From an uncultured Holophaga sp. (GTDB lineage: Bacteria; Acidobacteriota; Holophagae; Holophagales; Holophagaceae): DNA of 64,000 nt. A model generated the notes under the pieces. That model made no database searches. It worked only from the letters and a program-made list of their open reading frames with translations, and was not told the DNA's origin. Every line of letters begins with the position of its first letter. Position 1 is the first letter of the stretch. The translations under genes were made by a program, and so were the position numbers. Shown piece after piece: positions 47,414 to 57,456 of the stretch. The stretch spans positions 2,144,001-2,208,000 of the forward strand of contig OY761614.1 of the NCBI GenBank assembly GCA_963664825.1, in the 5' to 3' direction.

Positions 47414-50400
47414 TTGGATTCTGGACAGCCCATCCAGCTCGTTGGCATGGCCCTCGTCCGGGGGCTGCTGGACGAATCGGCCCTGCGGGAGGCCCTGGAT
47501 TCGGGGCAGGAACTCCTCGAGGCCCTGAAGGCCCAGGGGCGCCTGGATGCCGAGGATCTGAAGGATCTCACCCACCTGGTGGAGGGCGAGGCGAGGGTCC
47601 CGGAATCGAGCGATCAGCCGACCACCCCTCCCTTGGCTTCGGGCAGGGGCGGGGATCCCTGGGGGAGCCTCCCTTCCGCGGGGGAGGAGACTGATGGCAC
47701 GGGCCATCAGGTGCTCCGGGTCCTGACCCTGCCGGCCTGGAAGCAGTACCGCAATCTCCGCTTCGTGGCCGAGGGCGGCATGGGGCGCGTCTTCAAGGCC
47801 TTCGATCCCACCCTGAAGAGGATGGTGGCGCTGAAATTCCTGCGCCGGGAGGATCCAGAACTGGTGGCGCGCTTCGTCTTGGAGGCCCAGAACCAGGCCA
47901 AGGTGGAGCATCCCAATATCTGCAAGGTCTTCGAGGTGGGCGAGTGGCAGGGCCAGAGCTACATCGCCATGCAGTTCATCAAGGGCGAAACCCTGGAGGC
48001 CGCCGCTCCCGCCATGAGCCTGGAGGACCGGGTGAAGGTGATGGAGGCCGTGGCCGAGGCCATCCATGCGGCCCATCGCCAGGGCCTCATCCACCGGGAT
48101 CTCAAGCCCGCCAATATCATCGTGGGAGCCGGTGAACACGGTCCCAAGCCGATGGTCCTGGATTTCGGCCTAGCCAAGGGCCTGGAGGCCACGGGGCTGA
48201 CGGTGCAGGGGCTGGTGATCGGGACTACGCACTACATGGCGCCCGAACAGGCCCGGGGGGACCACGCCCATGTGGGGCGCCGCACGGATGTGTACGGATT
48301 GGGGGCGACCCTCCACAAGGTGCTCACGGGCCAGGCGCCCTTCGCGGGCAGCGGGGGCATGGATGTGCTGCGCCGCACCTTGGACGAGGATATCCCGACC
48401 CTGACGCGCCTCGTGCCAAGCCTCCCCGAGGATCTGGATACCCTCGTGCGCAAGTGCCTGGAGAAGGACCCAGCCCGCCGCTATGAGAGCGCGCTGGCGG
48501 TGGCCGAGGATCTGAGGCGCTGGCGGGAAGGGGAGCCCATCCTGGCCCGCAAACCCACCCTGGGCTATCGGGCGGGGAAATGGGCCCGCAGGAACAGGCT
48601 CCTGGTGGGTGTGGCGGGGGTCGCCCTGGTGGCCCTCCTGGTGACCGGCGGTATGGGCCTCTATGCCGCCGCCACCGCCCATGCCCAGGCGCGCTACGCC
48701 CAGCACTTCGGCCAGGAAGCCGAACGCATCGAGGCCCTGCGGCGCTACGCCTGCCTGCTGCCGCCCCATGATGTGGGCACCGAGCAGGCCCATGTGCGGG
48801 TGCGCCTGATGGCCCTGGAATCGGAAGCCCGGCGGGGGGGGCGCTTGGCCGCGGCTCCTGCGGCCTACGCCCTGGGGCGGGGCCATCTGGCCCTGGGGGA
48901 TATCGAACAGGCGAAGGTGCTCCTGGAAAAGGCCTGGGCCGGGGGCCTGCGCACCCCCGAATTGGCCCTCGCCCTGGGGCGGGCCCTGGCCCTGAACTAC
49001 CAGCGGGCCCTGGATTTGGCTCGGGCCCTGCCCTCCAAGGAATTGCGGGAGGCCCGGGAGCGGGAGCTGGCCCGGGATCTAAGGGATCCAGCCCTCGCGC
49101 TATTAAGGGAGGGGGCTTCCGCGGCCCTGGAATCCCCTGCCTATTACCAGGCCCAGGTGGCCTTCATGGGGGGGCGCTGGGAGGAGACCCAGATCCTGGC
49201 CCGGCAGGCGCTGGCCTCCACCCCCTGGCTCTTCGAGGCCAAGCATCTGGAGGGGCAGGCCCTGTTGGAATCGTCGAGGAACCTGGCCGATCCGGCCCAG
49301 GCCCTGGAACGTCTCAGCCAGGCGGAGGGGGCCTTCGTGGAGGCCCGCCACCTGGGTCCTAGCGATCCCTTCACGGCCCTGGACGAGGTGAAGGTCCTGG
49401 CCGAGCGGGCGGCCCGGGAGCTGGCCTCCGGGCGCCAGGCCGAAGCCACCCTCCTCCGGTGCCGGGTAGCCGTGGCCCGGATGCGGATCCTGCGCCCTCG
49501 GGGCGGCGAGGCCCCGGCCTGCCTGGCTCGCGCCCTGGGCTCCTGGGTTGAGCTGAGGCCCCCCCAGGAGCCCGCCACCCGCTCCGCCCTGGCTGAGGCC
49601 CTGGCCCTTTCCGGTGAGGCCCTGGAACCGGAGAATCCCTCCGTGCTGATCATCCGGACGTCCCTGCTGCTGACTGCGGGCCGTCAGGAGGGGCAGAGGG
49701 GAATGGACCCCATGCCCCTCTGGCGAGAGGCCCTGGAACTGGCCCGGAAGGCCCAGGCGAACCACCCCCAGGAACCGGCCTTCGGGGTCCTGGTGGCCAG
49801 CGCCTGCATGCGTAAGATGACCTGGGAGATCAATACGGGCACGCCCCCCTGGGCCAGCTTCGAGGAGGGCCTCCGCCAGGCCCAGACCCTCCGGGAACGC
49901 TTCCCAGAACTCGCGGGATCCTATCAGGGGTTGGCTGCCCTCTGGGTGGAGCGGGCGGAATTCGAGCGCATCCATGGCCTGGACCCCCGACCCTCCGTGG
50001 CCGCGGCCCTGGAGGTCCTGGCCGCCGCCGAGGCCCGGGGGCTTCGATTCAAGACCCCCGGCTGGACCAGGGGAGATTCTCATGTCATCAGGGGAGGCTA
50101 CCTCTTGGCTGTACAGGGGGATGGCGAGGAGGACTTCCACAAGGCCGCCGCCGCCTACCGGGAGGCGTTTCAGGCCAATCCGAACCTCTTGACCGCTCTG
50201 GGTGGCATCGCCGGGGCTCTGATCGGCGTGGCCCAGAGCCGTCTGGAACGGGGCCTGGATCCCGGCACCGCCCTGGCTGAGGCGGAGGCCAGTCTGGACC
50301 ACATCGGCGCTGCGTCTTCGGATCAGGATCAGAATCAGAACCTCTACTGCCGGGGGGGGCTTGCCCTCCTGCGGGGCCGCTGGGCCTTGGCTTGCGGGGC

Positions 50401-50743
50401 TGATCCGGGACCCCAGTGGATCCGGGCGGAAGCCGCCTTTCGGAAGTCCGCGGCCCTCTCCGGTCGCGCCGATGCCCATGTGGGTCGGGCGGAGGTACGG
50501 GCCCGCGCCTTCCTGCGTTGGGGTCGGGTTCAGGACCGGGTGCAGGCCTTGGCTGCGGCCCGGGAGGCCCTGAAGCGGGACCCCCTGCGGGCCGAGGCCT
50601 GGCTCTGGATCGCCACTGTGGAGCAGGAAGTGCTCCGGCGGGGGGATCGCGAAGCTGGGCCCCGGGCTCGGGAGGCCTGGGCCAAGGCCCTCAGTCTGGA
50701 TGCCAATCTGGGACGCTGGGCCAAGTTGCTCGGGAAGCCCTGA
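47414..50743 (+). CDS. Hanks-type Ser/Thr protein kinase with TM and long TPR-like C-terminus (start uncertain)
   Basis: GGMGRVF, VALK, HRDLKPAN, DFGLA, YMAPEQ and DVYGLG motifs. Confidence 0.93.
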   Translation: MDSGQPIQLVGMALVRGLLDESALREALDSGQELLEALKAQGRLDAEDLKDLTHLVEGEARVPESSDQPTTPPLASGRGGDPWGSLPSAGEETDGTGHQVLRVLTLPAWKQYRNLRFVAEGGMGRVFKAFDPTLKRMVALKFLRREDPELVARFVLEAQNQAKVEHPNICKVFEVGEWQGQSYIAMQFIKGETLEAAAPAMSLEDRVKVMEAVAEAIHAAHRQGLIHRDLKPANIIVGAGEHGPKPMVLDFGLAKGLEATGLTVQGLVIGTTHYMAPEQARGDHAHVGRRTDVYGLGATLHKVLTGQAPFAGSGGMDVLRRTLDEDIPTLTRLVPSLPEDLDTLVRKCLEKDPARRYESALAVAEDLRRWREGEPILARKPTLGYRAGKWARRNRLLVGVAGVALVALLVTGGMGLYAAATAHAQARYAQHFGQEAERIEALRRYACLLPPHDVGTEQAHVRVRLMALESEARRGGRLAAAPAAYALGRGHLALGDIEQAKVLLEKAWAGGLRTPELALALGRALALNYQRALDLARALPSKELREARERELARDLRDPALALLREGASAALESPAYYQAQVAFMGGRWEETQILARQALASTPWLFEAKHLEGQALLESSRNLADPAQALERLSQAEGAFVEARHLGPSDPFTALDEVKVLAERAARELASGRQAEATLLRCRVAVARMRILRPRGGEAPACLARALGSWVELRPPQEPATRSALAEALALSGEALEPENPSVLIIRTSLLLTAGRQEGQRGMDPMPLWREALELARKAQANHPQEPAFGVLVASACMRKMTWEINTGTPPWASFEEGLRQAQTLRERFPELAGSYQGLAALWVERAEFERIHGLDPRPSVAAALEVLAAAEARGLRFKTPGWTRGDSHVIRGGYLLAVQGDGEEDFHKAAAAYREAFQANPNLLTALGGIAGALIGVAQSRLERGLDPGTALAEAEASLDHIGAASSDQDQNQNLYCRGGLALLRGRWALACGADPGPQWIRAEAAFRKSAALSGRADAHVGRAEVRARAFLRWGRVQDRVQALAAAREALKRDPLRAEAWLWIATVEQEVLRRGDREAGPRAREAWAKALSLDANLGRWAKLLGKP

Positions 50744-50744
50744 A

Positions 50745-51032
50745 TCAGGGCCATTCGGTAGGGAGGCAGAAGGTGGTCTTCAGGACCATGACGGGCTCCC
50801 CTCCGGGTGTCGTCTCATCCTCGGCGTTCCGGGGCTTCGCCTTGGGGCATTTCCGGTCCCGCACTTCCTGCTCCTTCTCCGGGTTCTTCTTCACGTCCCT
50901 GTAGAAGTCCGCCAGCACATCCCAACCTGCCTGGTTCCAGAAGAGGGCACATTGCGCGTCGGTGTCCACCTGGAAGGTGTGATCCTGCGTGCCGTCATTC
51001 ACGGTCACGACAATGGAAACAAGCTTATTCAT
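50745..51032 (-). CDS. Hypothetical 95-aa protein
   Basis: GGAGG RBS, GC3-rich codons, fills the gap. Confidence 0.7.
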   Translation of the reverse strand: MNKLVSIVVTVNDGTQDHTFQVDTDAQCALFWNQAGWDVLADFYRDVKKNPEKEQEVRDRKCPKAKPRNAEDETTPGGEPVMVLKTTFCLPTEWP

Positions 51033-51108
51033 GGCGCCTCCGATCAGCCCGCGTGGGCGGGCGGGAATGCCACGAGTTTACATGAAAAGTTCAGGTAGTA
51101 TATTTAAT

Positions 51109-51180
51109 TCAGGGTCTTGGTACGGCTCCCAGCAACCCACGGATGACCTCGTCGGTACTGATTCCACCAGCCTCAGCCTC
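51109..51180 (-). repeat. Diverged duplicate of the last 24 codons of moxR
   Basis: 59/72 nt identical to 51210-51281; encodes EAEAGGISTDEVIRGLLGAVPRP* versus EAEADGVSTDEVIRALVGAVPRP*. Confidence 0.9.
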
Positions 51181-51209
51181 TCAGCATCGGCTTCGCCGAT
51201 ACCGAGACC

Positions 51210-52166
51210 TCAGGGGCGAGGCACGGCTCCGACCAGGGCACGGATGACTTCGTCGGTACTGACCCCATCAGCCTCAGCCTCATAGGTGAGGAGGAGCCGG
51301 TGGCGCAGGACGTCCGGCGCCAGGGCGAGGATATCGTCGGGCAGCACGTGATCCCGGCTCGAGATGAGGGCCAGGGCCTTGGAGGCGTTTTGCAGGGCCA
51401 GGGAGGCTCTGGGACTGGCCCCGCAGCGCAGCAGTTCCCGGCCCTTCCAGGCCTTGCCGTGGCCGGGGCGGGTGGCCTGCACCAGGCGCACGATGTAGTC
51501 CCGGATGGCCTCGTCCAGGCGCACCTGGGAGGCCAGGCGCGCTGCCTGCTGGACCATCCCTGCGTCCAGCACGGGCTGAACCGCTTCTTCATGGCCATCG
51601 GCCCGGCGCAGCACCTCGATCTCCTCGGTCTGAGAGGGGTAGTCGATCTTGAGCTTGAAGAGGAAGCGGTCCATCTGGGCTTCCGGCAGGGCGAAGGTGC
51701 CCTCCTGTTCCAGGGGGTTCTGGGTGGCCAGCACCAGGAACGGATCCGGCAGCTTGAAGCTCTCTTCGCCCAGCGTCACCTGGCGCTCCTCCATGGCCTC
51801 CAGCAGGGCCGCCTGCACCTTGCTGGGGGCCCGGTTGATCTCATCGGCCAGGAGCAGATTGGCGAATATGGGCCCCTTCTTGGGAGTGAAACTGAGATTG
51901 CGGGGATCGAAGACCAGGGTGCCCACCACGTCCGAGGGCAGCAGATCCGGGGTGAACTGGATGCGGCGGAATTCCATATTGCTGGCCGCCGCTAGCGTCT
52001 TGACCGTGCGGGTCTTGGCCAGTCCCGGCAGGCCCTCCAGGAGCACATGGCCCCGGCACAGGAGGGCCAGGAGCAGGCGATTGAGCAGATGGGGCTGGCC
52101 CACGATGACCTTGCGGCACTCGATGAGCAGGGTTTGAAGGGGAGGGGCTGGAGTCGCGTGGGCCAT
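51210..52166 (-). CDS. moxR: MoxR-family AAA+ ATPase
   Basis: GLPGLAKT, RIQFTPDLLPSD, DEINR, ATQNP, LPEAQMDRF and GASPR motifs. Confidence 0.95.
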   Translation of the reverse strand: MAHATPAPPLQTLLIECRKVIVGQPHLLNRLLLALLCRGHVLLEGLPGLAKTRTVKTLAAASNMEFRRIQFTPDLLPSDVVGTLVFDPRNLSFTPKKGPIFANLLLADEINRAPSKVQAALLEAMEERQVTLGEESFKLPDPFLVLATQNPLEQEGTFALPEAQMDRFLFKLKIDYPSQTEEIEVLRRADGHEEAVQPVLDAGMVQQAARLASQVRLDEAIRDYIVRLVQATRPGHGKAWKGRELLRCGASPRASLALQNASKALALISSRDHVLPDDILALAPDVLRHRLLLTYEAEADGVSTDEVIRALVGAVPRP

Positions 52167-52275
52167 GTGGGTTCCGGAGTTCAGACCATGATGCCAGCGA
52201 AAGCGGGCGCAAGGCAGGGAAGACACAGAACGAACAGGGATCTCCGGGGCAGGGGCTCCACGGAGCGCCGCGAAT

Positions 52276-54192
52276 TCAGGGCTTGGCCTTTGAGCCCTTC
52301 TCCAGGCGCGTCTGGATGACTTCCATCTCGCCCACTAGGCGATCGAAGGCCTTCAGGGCCTCTTCCACCGGCTTGGGGGTATTGAAGTCCACGCCGGCTT
52401 CCCGCAGGGTGTCCAGGGGGAAGCGGCTATTGCCCGCCTGGAGGAACTTGATGTAGCGGGCCCGGGCCGGTTCGCCTTCCTTCAGGACGGCTTCCGTGAG
52501 GGCCATGGAGGCCGCCATGCTGGTGGCGTATTGGAAGACGTAGAAGTCCATGTAGAAGTGGGGGATCGAGCTCCACTCGGTCTGGATGTAATCGTCCACC
52601 TTCACCACGCCCTGGTCGTGGCCGTAGTAGAGGCGGGTGAGTTCCAGGTACTTCCGGTTCAGCCATTCGGGCGACAGGCTCTGTCCCTTTTCCGCCTGTT
52701 CGTGCATGGCCAATTCGAAGTCCGCGAAGAGGCCCTGGCGGTAGAGGGTGCCCCGCAGCTGCTCCACATAGCTATCCAACACGTAGAGCTTGAAGGCGTC
52801 CGAGGCGTCCGTCTTCAGGAGGTGGTGCATGAGGAGGTTCTCGTTGAAGGTGCTGGCAATCTCGGCCAGGAAGGTGGGGTAGTTGGCCGTGGGGAAGGGC
52901 TGGGCGGCGTCCGAGTGGACGGAGTGCATGGAATGGCCCAGCTCGTGGGCCAGGGTGGAGACGCCGTTGTAAGTGCCGTCGTAGTTCAGCTTGACGTAGG
53001 GATGGAAGCCGTAGGTGGAGTCCGTGGAGTAGGCGCCGGATTGCTTGCCCTTGTTGGGGTAGACATCCACCCAGCGGTTGGAAAGGGCCGCATTCAGGTG
53101 CTTGGCGTAGTCGGGTCCGAGGGGGGCCGTGGCCTTGAGCACCAAGTCCTGGGCCTGGTCATAGGTGAAGACCCGGTTCACGGAGGCCACCGCGGAAGCG
53201 TAGATGTCGCCGTAGTGCATCTCCTGGAGGCCCAGCATTCGCTTGCGGAGGCGCAGGAGCCGATGCAGGGGGCCCAGGTTGGCCTTCACGGTGGACACCA
53301 GGTTGCGGTAGACCGAAGGATCGATGGCGTTGGGGAAGAGGGAGGCCTCCAGGCAGCTACCGTAGCCGTGGACCCGGGCGTCGAAGATGTGGGTCTTCAC
53401 GTTGGCGTCCATGAGGGCGGCCTGGGTGTTCTCGAAGGCCTTCTGGCCCGTCCAGTAGGCTTCCATCACGTTGCGGCGGTCTTCCATGACCTTGGAGCCC
53501 CGGAGCCTCTGGTAGGTGGCGGTATTGAGGACGACCTTCTCGCCGGTGGAAAGCGTGAGGGTGGGCCTGGGCATATCCATATCGTTGAGGATGCCGGAGG
53601 CCTTGGAGGGGCCGTCGGCAAAGGAGGCGGCCAGGGCCGCCACCCTTTCTTCCCCTGCGGGAATGACGTGGTTCCTCATGCGGAGCACCCGCAGGAGCCC
53701 CACCCGGAAGGGTGCCAGCCGGGGCTCGGCCTGGAGGTAGGCCTCCACCTTTGCCTGTCCCAGGGCCAGCACATCGGGATCCATGAATGTGAGCCTGGAG
53801 GCCAGCGTCACGCCCAGGTCCTGGGCCTCTCCCTTCATGGACTGGAACAGGGAATCGGACATATCCATGTCGCTCTGGAGGCTGGCATAGGCGCCCAGGC
53901 GCTGAACCCGCTGCTGGATGGCGGCATTCCATTCCAGGAGATCGGCCATGGCCTTGGGGGAGGCCGTCCAGCGCTGGGCGAGGCCTTCCAGGTTGCCAAG
54001 CGCGGCCTTCAGGGCTCCCAGTTCCTTCCGCCAGGCCTCCTGAGAGGGATAGATATCCGTGAACCGGCCCTTGAAGGCTTCGGGCACCTGGGCGCGTTCG
54101 GTGCCGGAATAATCCGGCACCTGCTTGGCGTCCTGGGCCTGGAGGGCCGCGAGGGTGAGGGCGAGGGAGAGACCGGATCGAATCAGACTCAT
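52276..54192 (-). CDS. pepF: Oligoendopeptidase F (M3B) with signal peptide
   Basis: GKQSGAYS, HELGH, AEIAST and PHFY...FQYA motifs; N-terminal MSLIRSGLSLALTLAALQA. Confidence 0.92.
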   Translation of the reverse strand: MSLIRSGLSLALTLAALQAQDAKQVPDYSGTERAQVPEAFKGRFTDIYPSQEAWRKELGALKAALGNLEGLAQRWTASPKAMADLLEWNAAIQQRVQRLGAYASLQSDMDMSDSLFQSMKGEAQDLGVTLASRLTFMDPDVLALGQAKVEAYLQAEPRLAPFRVGLLRVLRMRNHVIPAGEERVAALAASFADGPSKASGILNDMDMPRPTLTLSTGEKVVLNTATYQRLRGSKVMEDRRNVMEAYWTGQKAFENTQAALMDANVKTHIFDARVHGYGSCLEASLFPNAIDPSVYRNLVSTVKANLGPLHRLLRLRKRMLGLQEMHYGDIYASAVASVNRVFTYDQAQDLVLKATAPLGPDYAKHLNAALSNRWVDVYPNKGKQSGAYSTDSTYGFHPYVKLNYDGTYNGVSTLAHELGHSMHSVHSDAAQPFPTANYPTFLAEIASTFNENLLMHHLLKTDASDAFKLYVLDSYVEQLRGTLYRQGLFADFELAMHEQAEKGQSLSPEWLNRKYLELTRLYYGHDQGVVKVDDYIQTEWSSIPHFYMDFYVFQYATSMAASMALTEAVLKEGEPARARYIKFLQAGNSRFPLDTLREAGVDFNTPKPVEEALKAFDRLVGEMEVIQTRLEKGSKAKP

Positions 54193-54205
54193 GGAAGCTC
54201 CAGGT

Positions 54206-54994
54206 TCAGAATGTGGATTGGATGATGCCGCCGTCCACCTGCAGGGAGGCGCCGCTGATATAGGAGGCCCGCTCACTGCACAGGAAGGCTATGGTATCGC
54301 CGATCTCTTCGGGTCGGCCCATGCGGCCCATGGGGATGGAGGCCGCCGTGCGGGCGAAATAGTCCTCCAGGCCGATGCCTTCGGCCTTGGCCCTCAGCTC
54401 CCCCAGGTGGATCTGGCGGTCCGTCAGGATATGGCCGGGCAGCAGCGCGTTGACGGTGATGCCATCCCCGGCCGTCTCCCGGGAGAGGGTCTTGGTGAGT
54501 CCGGAGAGCCCCGCGCGCAGCGTGGAACTGAGGGTGAGGTCCAGGGAGGGCTGCTTGGCCACCAGGCTCGTGATATGGACGATGCGGCCCCAGCCGCGGC
54601 TGCGCATCCCGGGTAGCGCCAGGCGGCAGAGGCGCACCACGTTCATCAGCGTGGATTGGACGCCCGAGGCCCAATCGGCTTCAGTGAGCCCTTGGAAGGC
54701 GGCGGCCTTGGGTCCGCCGGTATTGGTGACGAGGATCTCCACGGGGCCCAGGCTCTCCACGGTCTCCTGGTACCAGGCCTGGAGCTCTTCCATCTGACTC
54801 ACATCGCAGGGCATGGCCAGCACCTGGACGCCCAGGGCCTCCAATTCCCGCCGGGCGGAGTCCAGGTGCTCCAGGCTCCGCCCGCAGATCGAGACCCGGC
54901 AGCCTTCACGGGCCAGGGAAAGCGCCGCGGCCTTGCCGAGCCCCTTGCTGGCCGCCGCCACCATCGCCACACGGTTCGAAATGCCGAGATCCAT
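54206..54994 (-). CDS. SDR-family oxidoreductase (atypical, catalytic YxxxK replaced by SxxxR)
   Basis: AASKGLG, NTGGP and LSSTLRAG motifs. Confidence 0.9.
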   Translation of the reverse strand: MDLGISNRVAMVAAASKGLGKAAALSLAREGCRVSICGRSLEHLDSARRELEALGVQVLAMPCDVSQMEELQAWYQETVESLGPVEILVTNTGGPKAAAFQGLTEADWASGVQSTLMNVVRLCRLALPGMRSRGWGRIVHITSLVAKQPSLDLTLSSTLRAGLSGLTKTLSRETAGDGITVNALLPGHILTDRQIHLGELRAKAEGIGLEDYFARTAASIPMGRMGRPEEIGDTIAFLCSERASYISGASLQVDGGIIQSTF

Positions 54995-55021
54995 GGGGAA
55001 CTCCAAGGTTCGTACAGGTTA

Positions 55022-55055
55022 ACAAAAGGCCTCCGCGCTTGCGGAGGCCTTTTGT
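55022..55055. terminator. Intrinsic terminator after the MFS gene
   Basis: ACAAAAGGCCTCCGC-GCTT-GCGGAGGCCTTTTGT. Confidence 0.85.
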
Positions 55056-55068
55056 CAGAGCATGGGCA

Positions 55069-56457
55069 TCAGTGCTTCTGGTTGGGCAGTTCCAGGCCGT
55101 AGCCCTTCTTCTTATCCTCGGCCTTGAGCAGCAGGGCGAAGACGATGGCCAGGGCGCCGAAGCCCGTGAAGATGATCATGGGTAGCGTGTAATCGAAGCC
55201 TTGGGTCCCATTCAACAGGTTCACGCGGCAGAACCGATCCTTGACCCAGCCGATGAGCATGGGGGCGCCCATGAGGGCCACCAGGTTCTGCATGAAGAAA
55301 ATGAGGGCGTAGGCTGTGCCCAGCTGGCGTTCGGGGATGATCTTGGGCACCGAGGGCCACATGGCGGAGGGCACCAGGGAGAAACCAACGCCCAGGAGCA
55401 TCATGGCGGCCACTGCGATCAGCCAATGGTGCAGGAAGGGCAGGGCGAAGATCACATGCACGAACATGATGAGCACGGAGCCCAGGATCATGATCGAGGC
55501 GCCCTTGCCCTTCTTGTCGTAGATGCCGCCGAAGGTGGGCGTCAAGAAGATGGTGCCGAAGGGCAGGAGCATGGGAATGAGCCCGGCCATGCCGCTGGGG
55601 ACAGCGTACTTCTCGATCATCAGGCTTGTGGCGAATTTGAGGAAGGGGAAGACGGCCGAATAGAAGAGCGCGCAGAGGATGGCGACGTACCAGAAGCCCT
55701 TGTTGCCAAGAATGGAGAAGATGTCCGAGATGCGGAATTGGTCTTCGGGGTTCGCGCCGGTGACGCCATCGGGGTCGGAGGCATCCAGCTTCTTGTCCAT
55801 GCTCATGTAGAAGAAGAAGGCCACCAAGCCGATTCCCAGGAGCAAGCCACCCGCCAGGATGGGGACGGCCAGACCGAACCTCTTGGCGATGGGGAGAGTC
55901 ACGCCGTAGGCCAGGCCTGTGCCGATGCGGGCAATGGCCACCTGCAGGCCCATGGCCAGGGCGATTTCATAGCCCTTGAACCATTTCACGATGATCTTGG
56001 TGGCGGTGATACCACAGAGTTCGATACCCATGCCGAAGATGGCGAAGCCAATGGAGGCCAGCAGGACCTGCCAGGGAAGAGAGATGGTCCAGTGCCAGAT
56101 ATGCAGGGTGCACTGGCTCGCGCCGAGGGTGTGGGTATTGATCGCCCACCATTTCAGGCCGCAGCCCAACACCATGAGAATGGAAGCCAGCAGGCCCGCA
56201 AAGCGGGGGCCCTTCTTGTCCAGGATGATGCCGCCAATGACCAGCATCCCGAGGAACACGTTAAACCAGCCGTAGGCCCCGGTGAAAATCCCGTAGTGAG
56301 AGGGGGTCCAATGGAGCTGGGTGTAGAGCAGGTCCTCCAGGGGGGCGGCCACATCGGCCACGAAGTAGCCGCATAACATCGTGAACGAGATCACCGCCAT
56401 GGCGGTCCAGCGGGCCGCTGCGGATTCTCGAAGGGATTTTTTGATGGCTTCTACCAT
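55069..56457 (-). CDS. MFS transporter (MFSD1-like)
   Basis: About 12 TMs; GGIILDKKGPR, KWFKGYEIALAMG and YSAVFPF motifs. Confidence 0.88.
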   Translation of the reverse strand: MVEAIKKSLRESAAARWTAMAVISFTMLCGYFVADVAAPLEDLLYTQLHWTPSHYGIFTGAYGWFNVFLGMLVIGGIILDKKGPRFAGLLASILMVLGCGLKWWAINTHTLGASQCTLHIWHWTISLPWQVLLASIGFAIFGMGIELCGITATKIIVKWFKGYEIALAMGLQVAIARIGTGLAYGVTLPIAKRFGLAVPILAGGLLLGIGLVAFFFYMSMDKKLDASDPDGVTGANPEDQFRISDIFSILGNKGFWYVAILCALFYSAVFPFLKFATSLMIEKYAVPSGMAGLIPMLLPFGTIFLTPTFGGIYDKKGKGASIMILGSVLIMFVHVIFALPFLHHWLIAVAAMMLLGVGFSLVPSAMWPSVPKIIPERQLGTAYALIFFMQNLVALMGAPMLIGWVKDRFCRVNLLNGTQGFDYTLPMIIFTGFGALAIVFALLLKAEDKKKGYGLELPNQKH

Positions 56458-56618
56458 GATTATTCCTGGATGAAGGGTTTGGGGGCTAAAGGTTGGCACA
56501 GGCGTGCCCGGGCACACGGAACCGTGCCCGCGAGGCTTTAGCGTACCTCAGATTCTTCTTCCCGGGGACCCGCCTTTCCGCTTGGCGCAAAAGGCGATAT
56601 GTCCTCATCCTAGGTGTC

Positions 56619-57428
56619 ATGCTGCCCCTCATGATTCCTCCGGCCCTGGTTCAGGACGTTTCCACGCCTCCGCCGGGAGTCGATCTGCCCGCCACCCTTG
56701 CCTGGAAGCCCGGGAGCCTCGAGTTCTGGCCCTTTGACGACGAGCGCTTCGAGATGAGGTCCACCCGGCAGAAGGGGCCCCTTTTCGTCACCGTCGAGGG
56801 GCGGGTGTGGCGTTTTTCGCTCATCGCCTCGGAGGGGCGGGTTGGCTATTTGACCCTGACCCAGCGATTAAAGGCCGCCCTGGAAGCCGCGGGTTGGGTC
56901 TGGCAGCTGGAAGAGCGGGGCGTGGCCCGGCGGGAGACGGGGGGGCAGGATCTCTGGCTGCACTTCTCGGCGGCCAACAGCGGCGAAGTGAAGATGGCGG
57001 TGGTGGAGCGGCGGGAACCCCGGCCCTTCACGCTCCCCCAGCCCGGCAAGGTGTGTGAACGGCCCAAGGCCCAGGAGGACTTCCCCTACTTGCCGCCCTG
57101 GCCGGGTGCGAAGATTACCCGCTGTGCCGATACCCCGGCCCCTGTGGCGGTGGATCTGGCCACGGGCAAGCCGGGCCTGGTAAATGTCAATTTCGTCGAA
57201 AAGGAATACGAACTGGCCGCACCGGTCTCGGCCCACGAATTCCTCACGGTCTACACCAAGGCCCTCCTGGACGCGGGGTGGGAGATCGAGGGCCGCTTCC
57301 GGGGCAAGCTCATCCAGATCCAGGCGGTCTATTCCCGGGATAACCGGGATATCCGGGCCACGCTGAGGCTCCTGGGAGATGCCATGGCCATTTCCGTGGC
57401 CGACGTGGGGGCCCAGCGCCCGAAGTGA
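56619..57428 (+). CDS. Hypothetical protein with two similar alpha/beta modules
   Basis: Repeated motif LKAALEAAGW / YTKALLDAGW; directly upstream of ccsBA. Confidence 0.65.
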   Translation: MLPLMIPPALVQDVSTPPPGVDLPATLAWKPGSLEFWPFDDERFEMRSTRQKGPLFVTVEGRVWRFSLIASEGRVGYLTLTQRLKAALEAAGWVWQLEERGVARRETGGQDLWLHFSAANSGEVKMAVVERREPRPFTLPQPGKVCERPKAQEDFPYLPPWPGAKITRCADTPAPVAVDLATGKPGLVNVNFVEKEYELAAPVSAHEFLTVYTKALLDAGWEIEGRFRGKLIQIQAVYSRDNRDIRATLRLLGDAMAISVADVGAQRPK

Positions 57429-57456
57429 AGGGTGGCTGCTCCCGCATGAGATCCCA

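Noticed and set aside
50321..50341. GATCAG/AATCAG hexamer run (DQDQNQN) in the kinase
   Set aside because: Very short, in-frame and imperfect; not a credible phase-variation tract.
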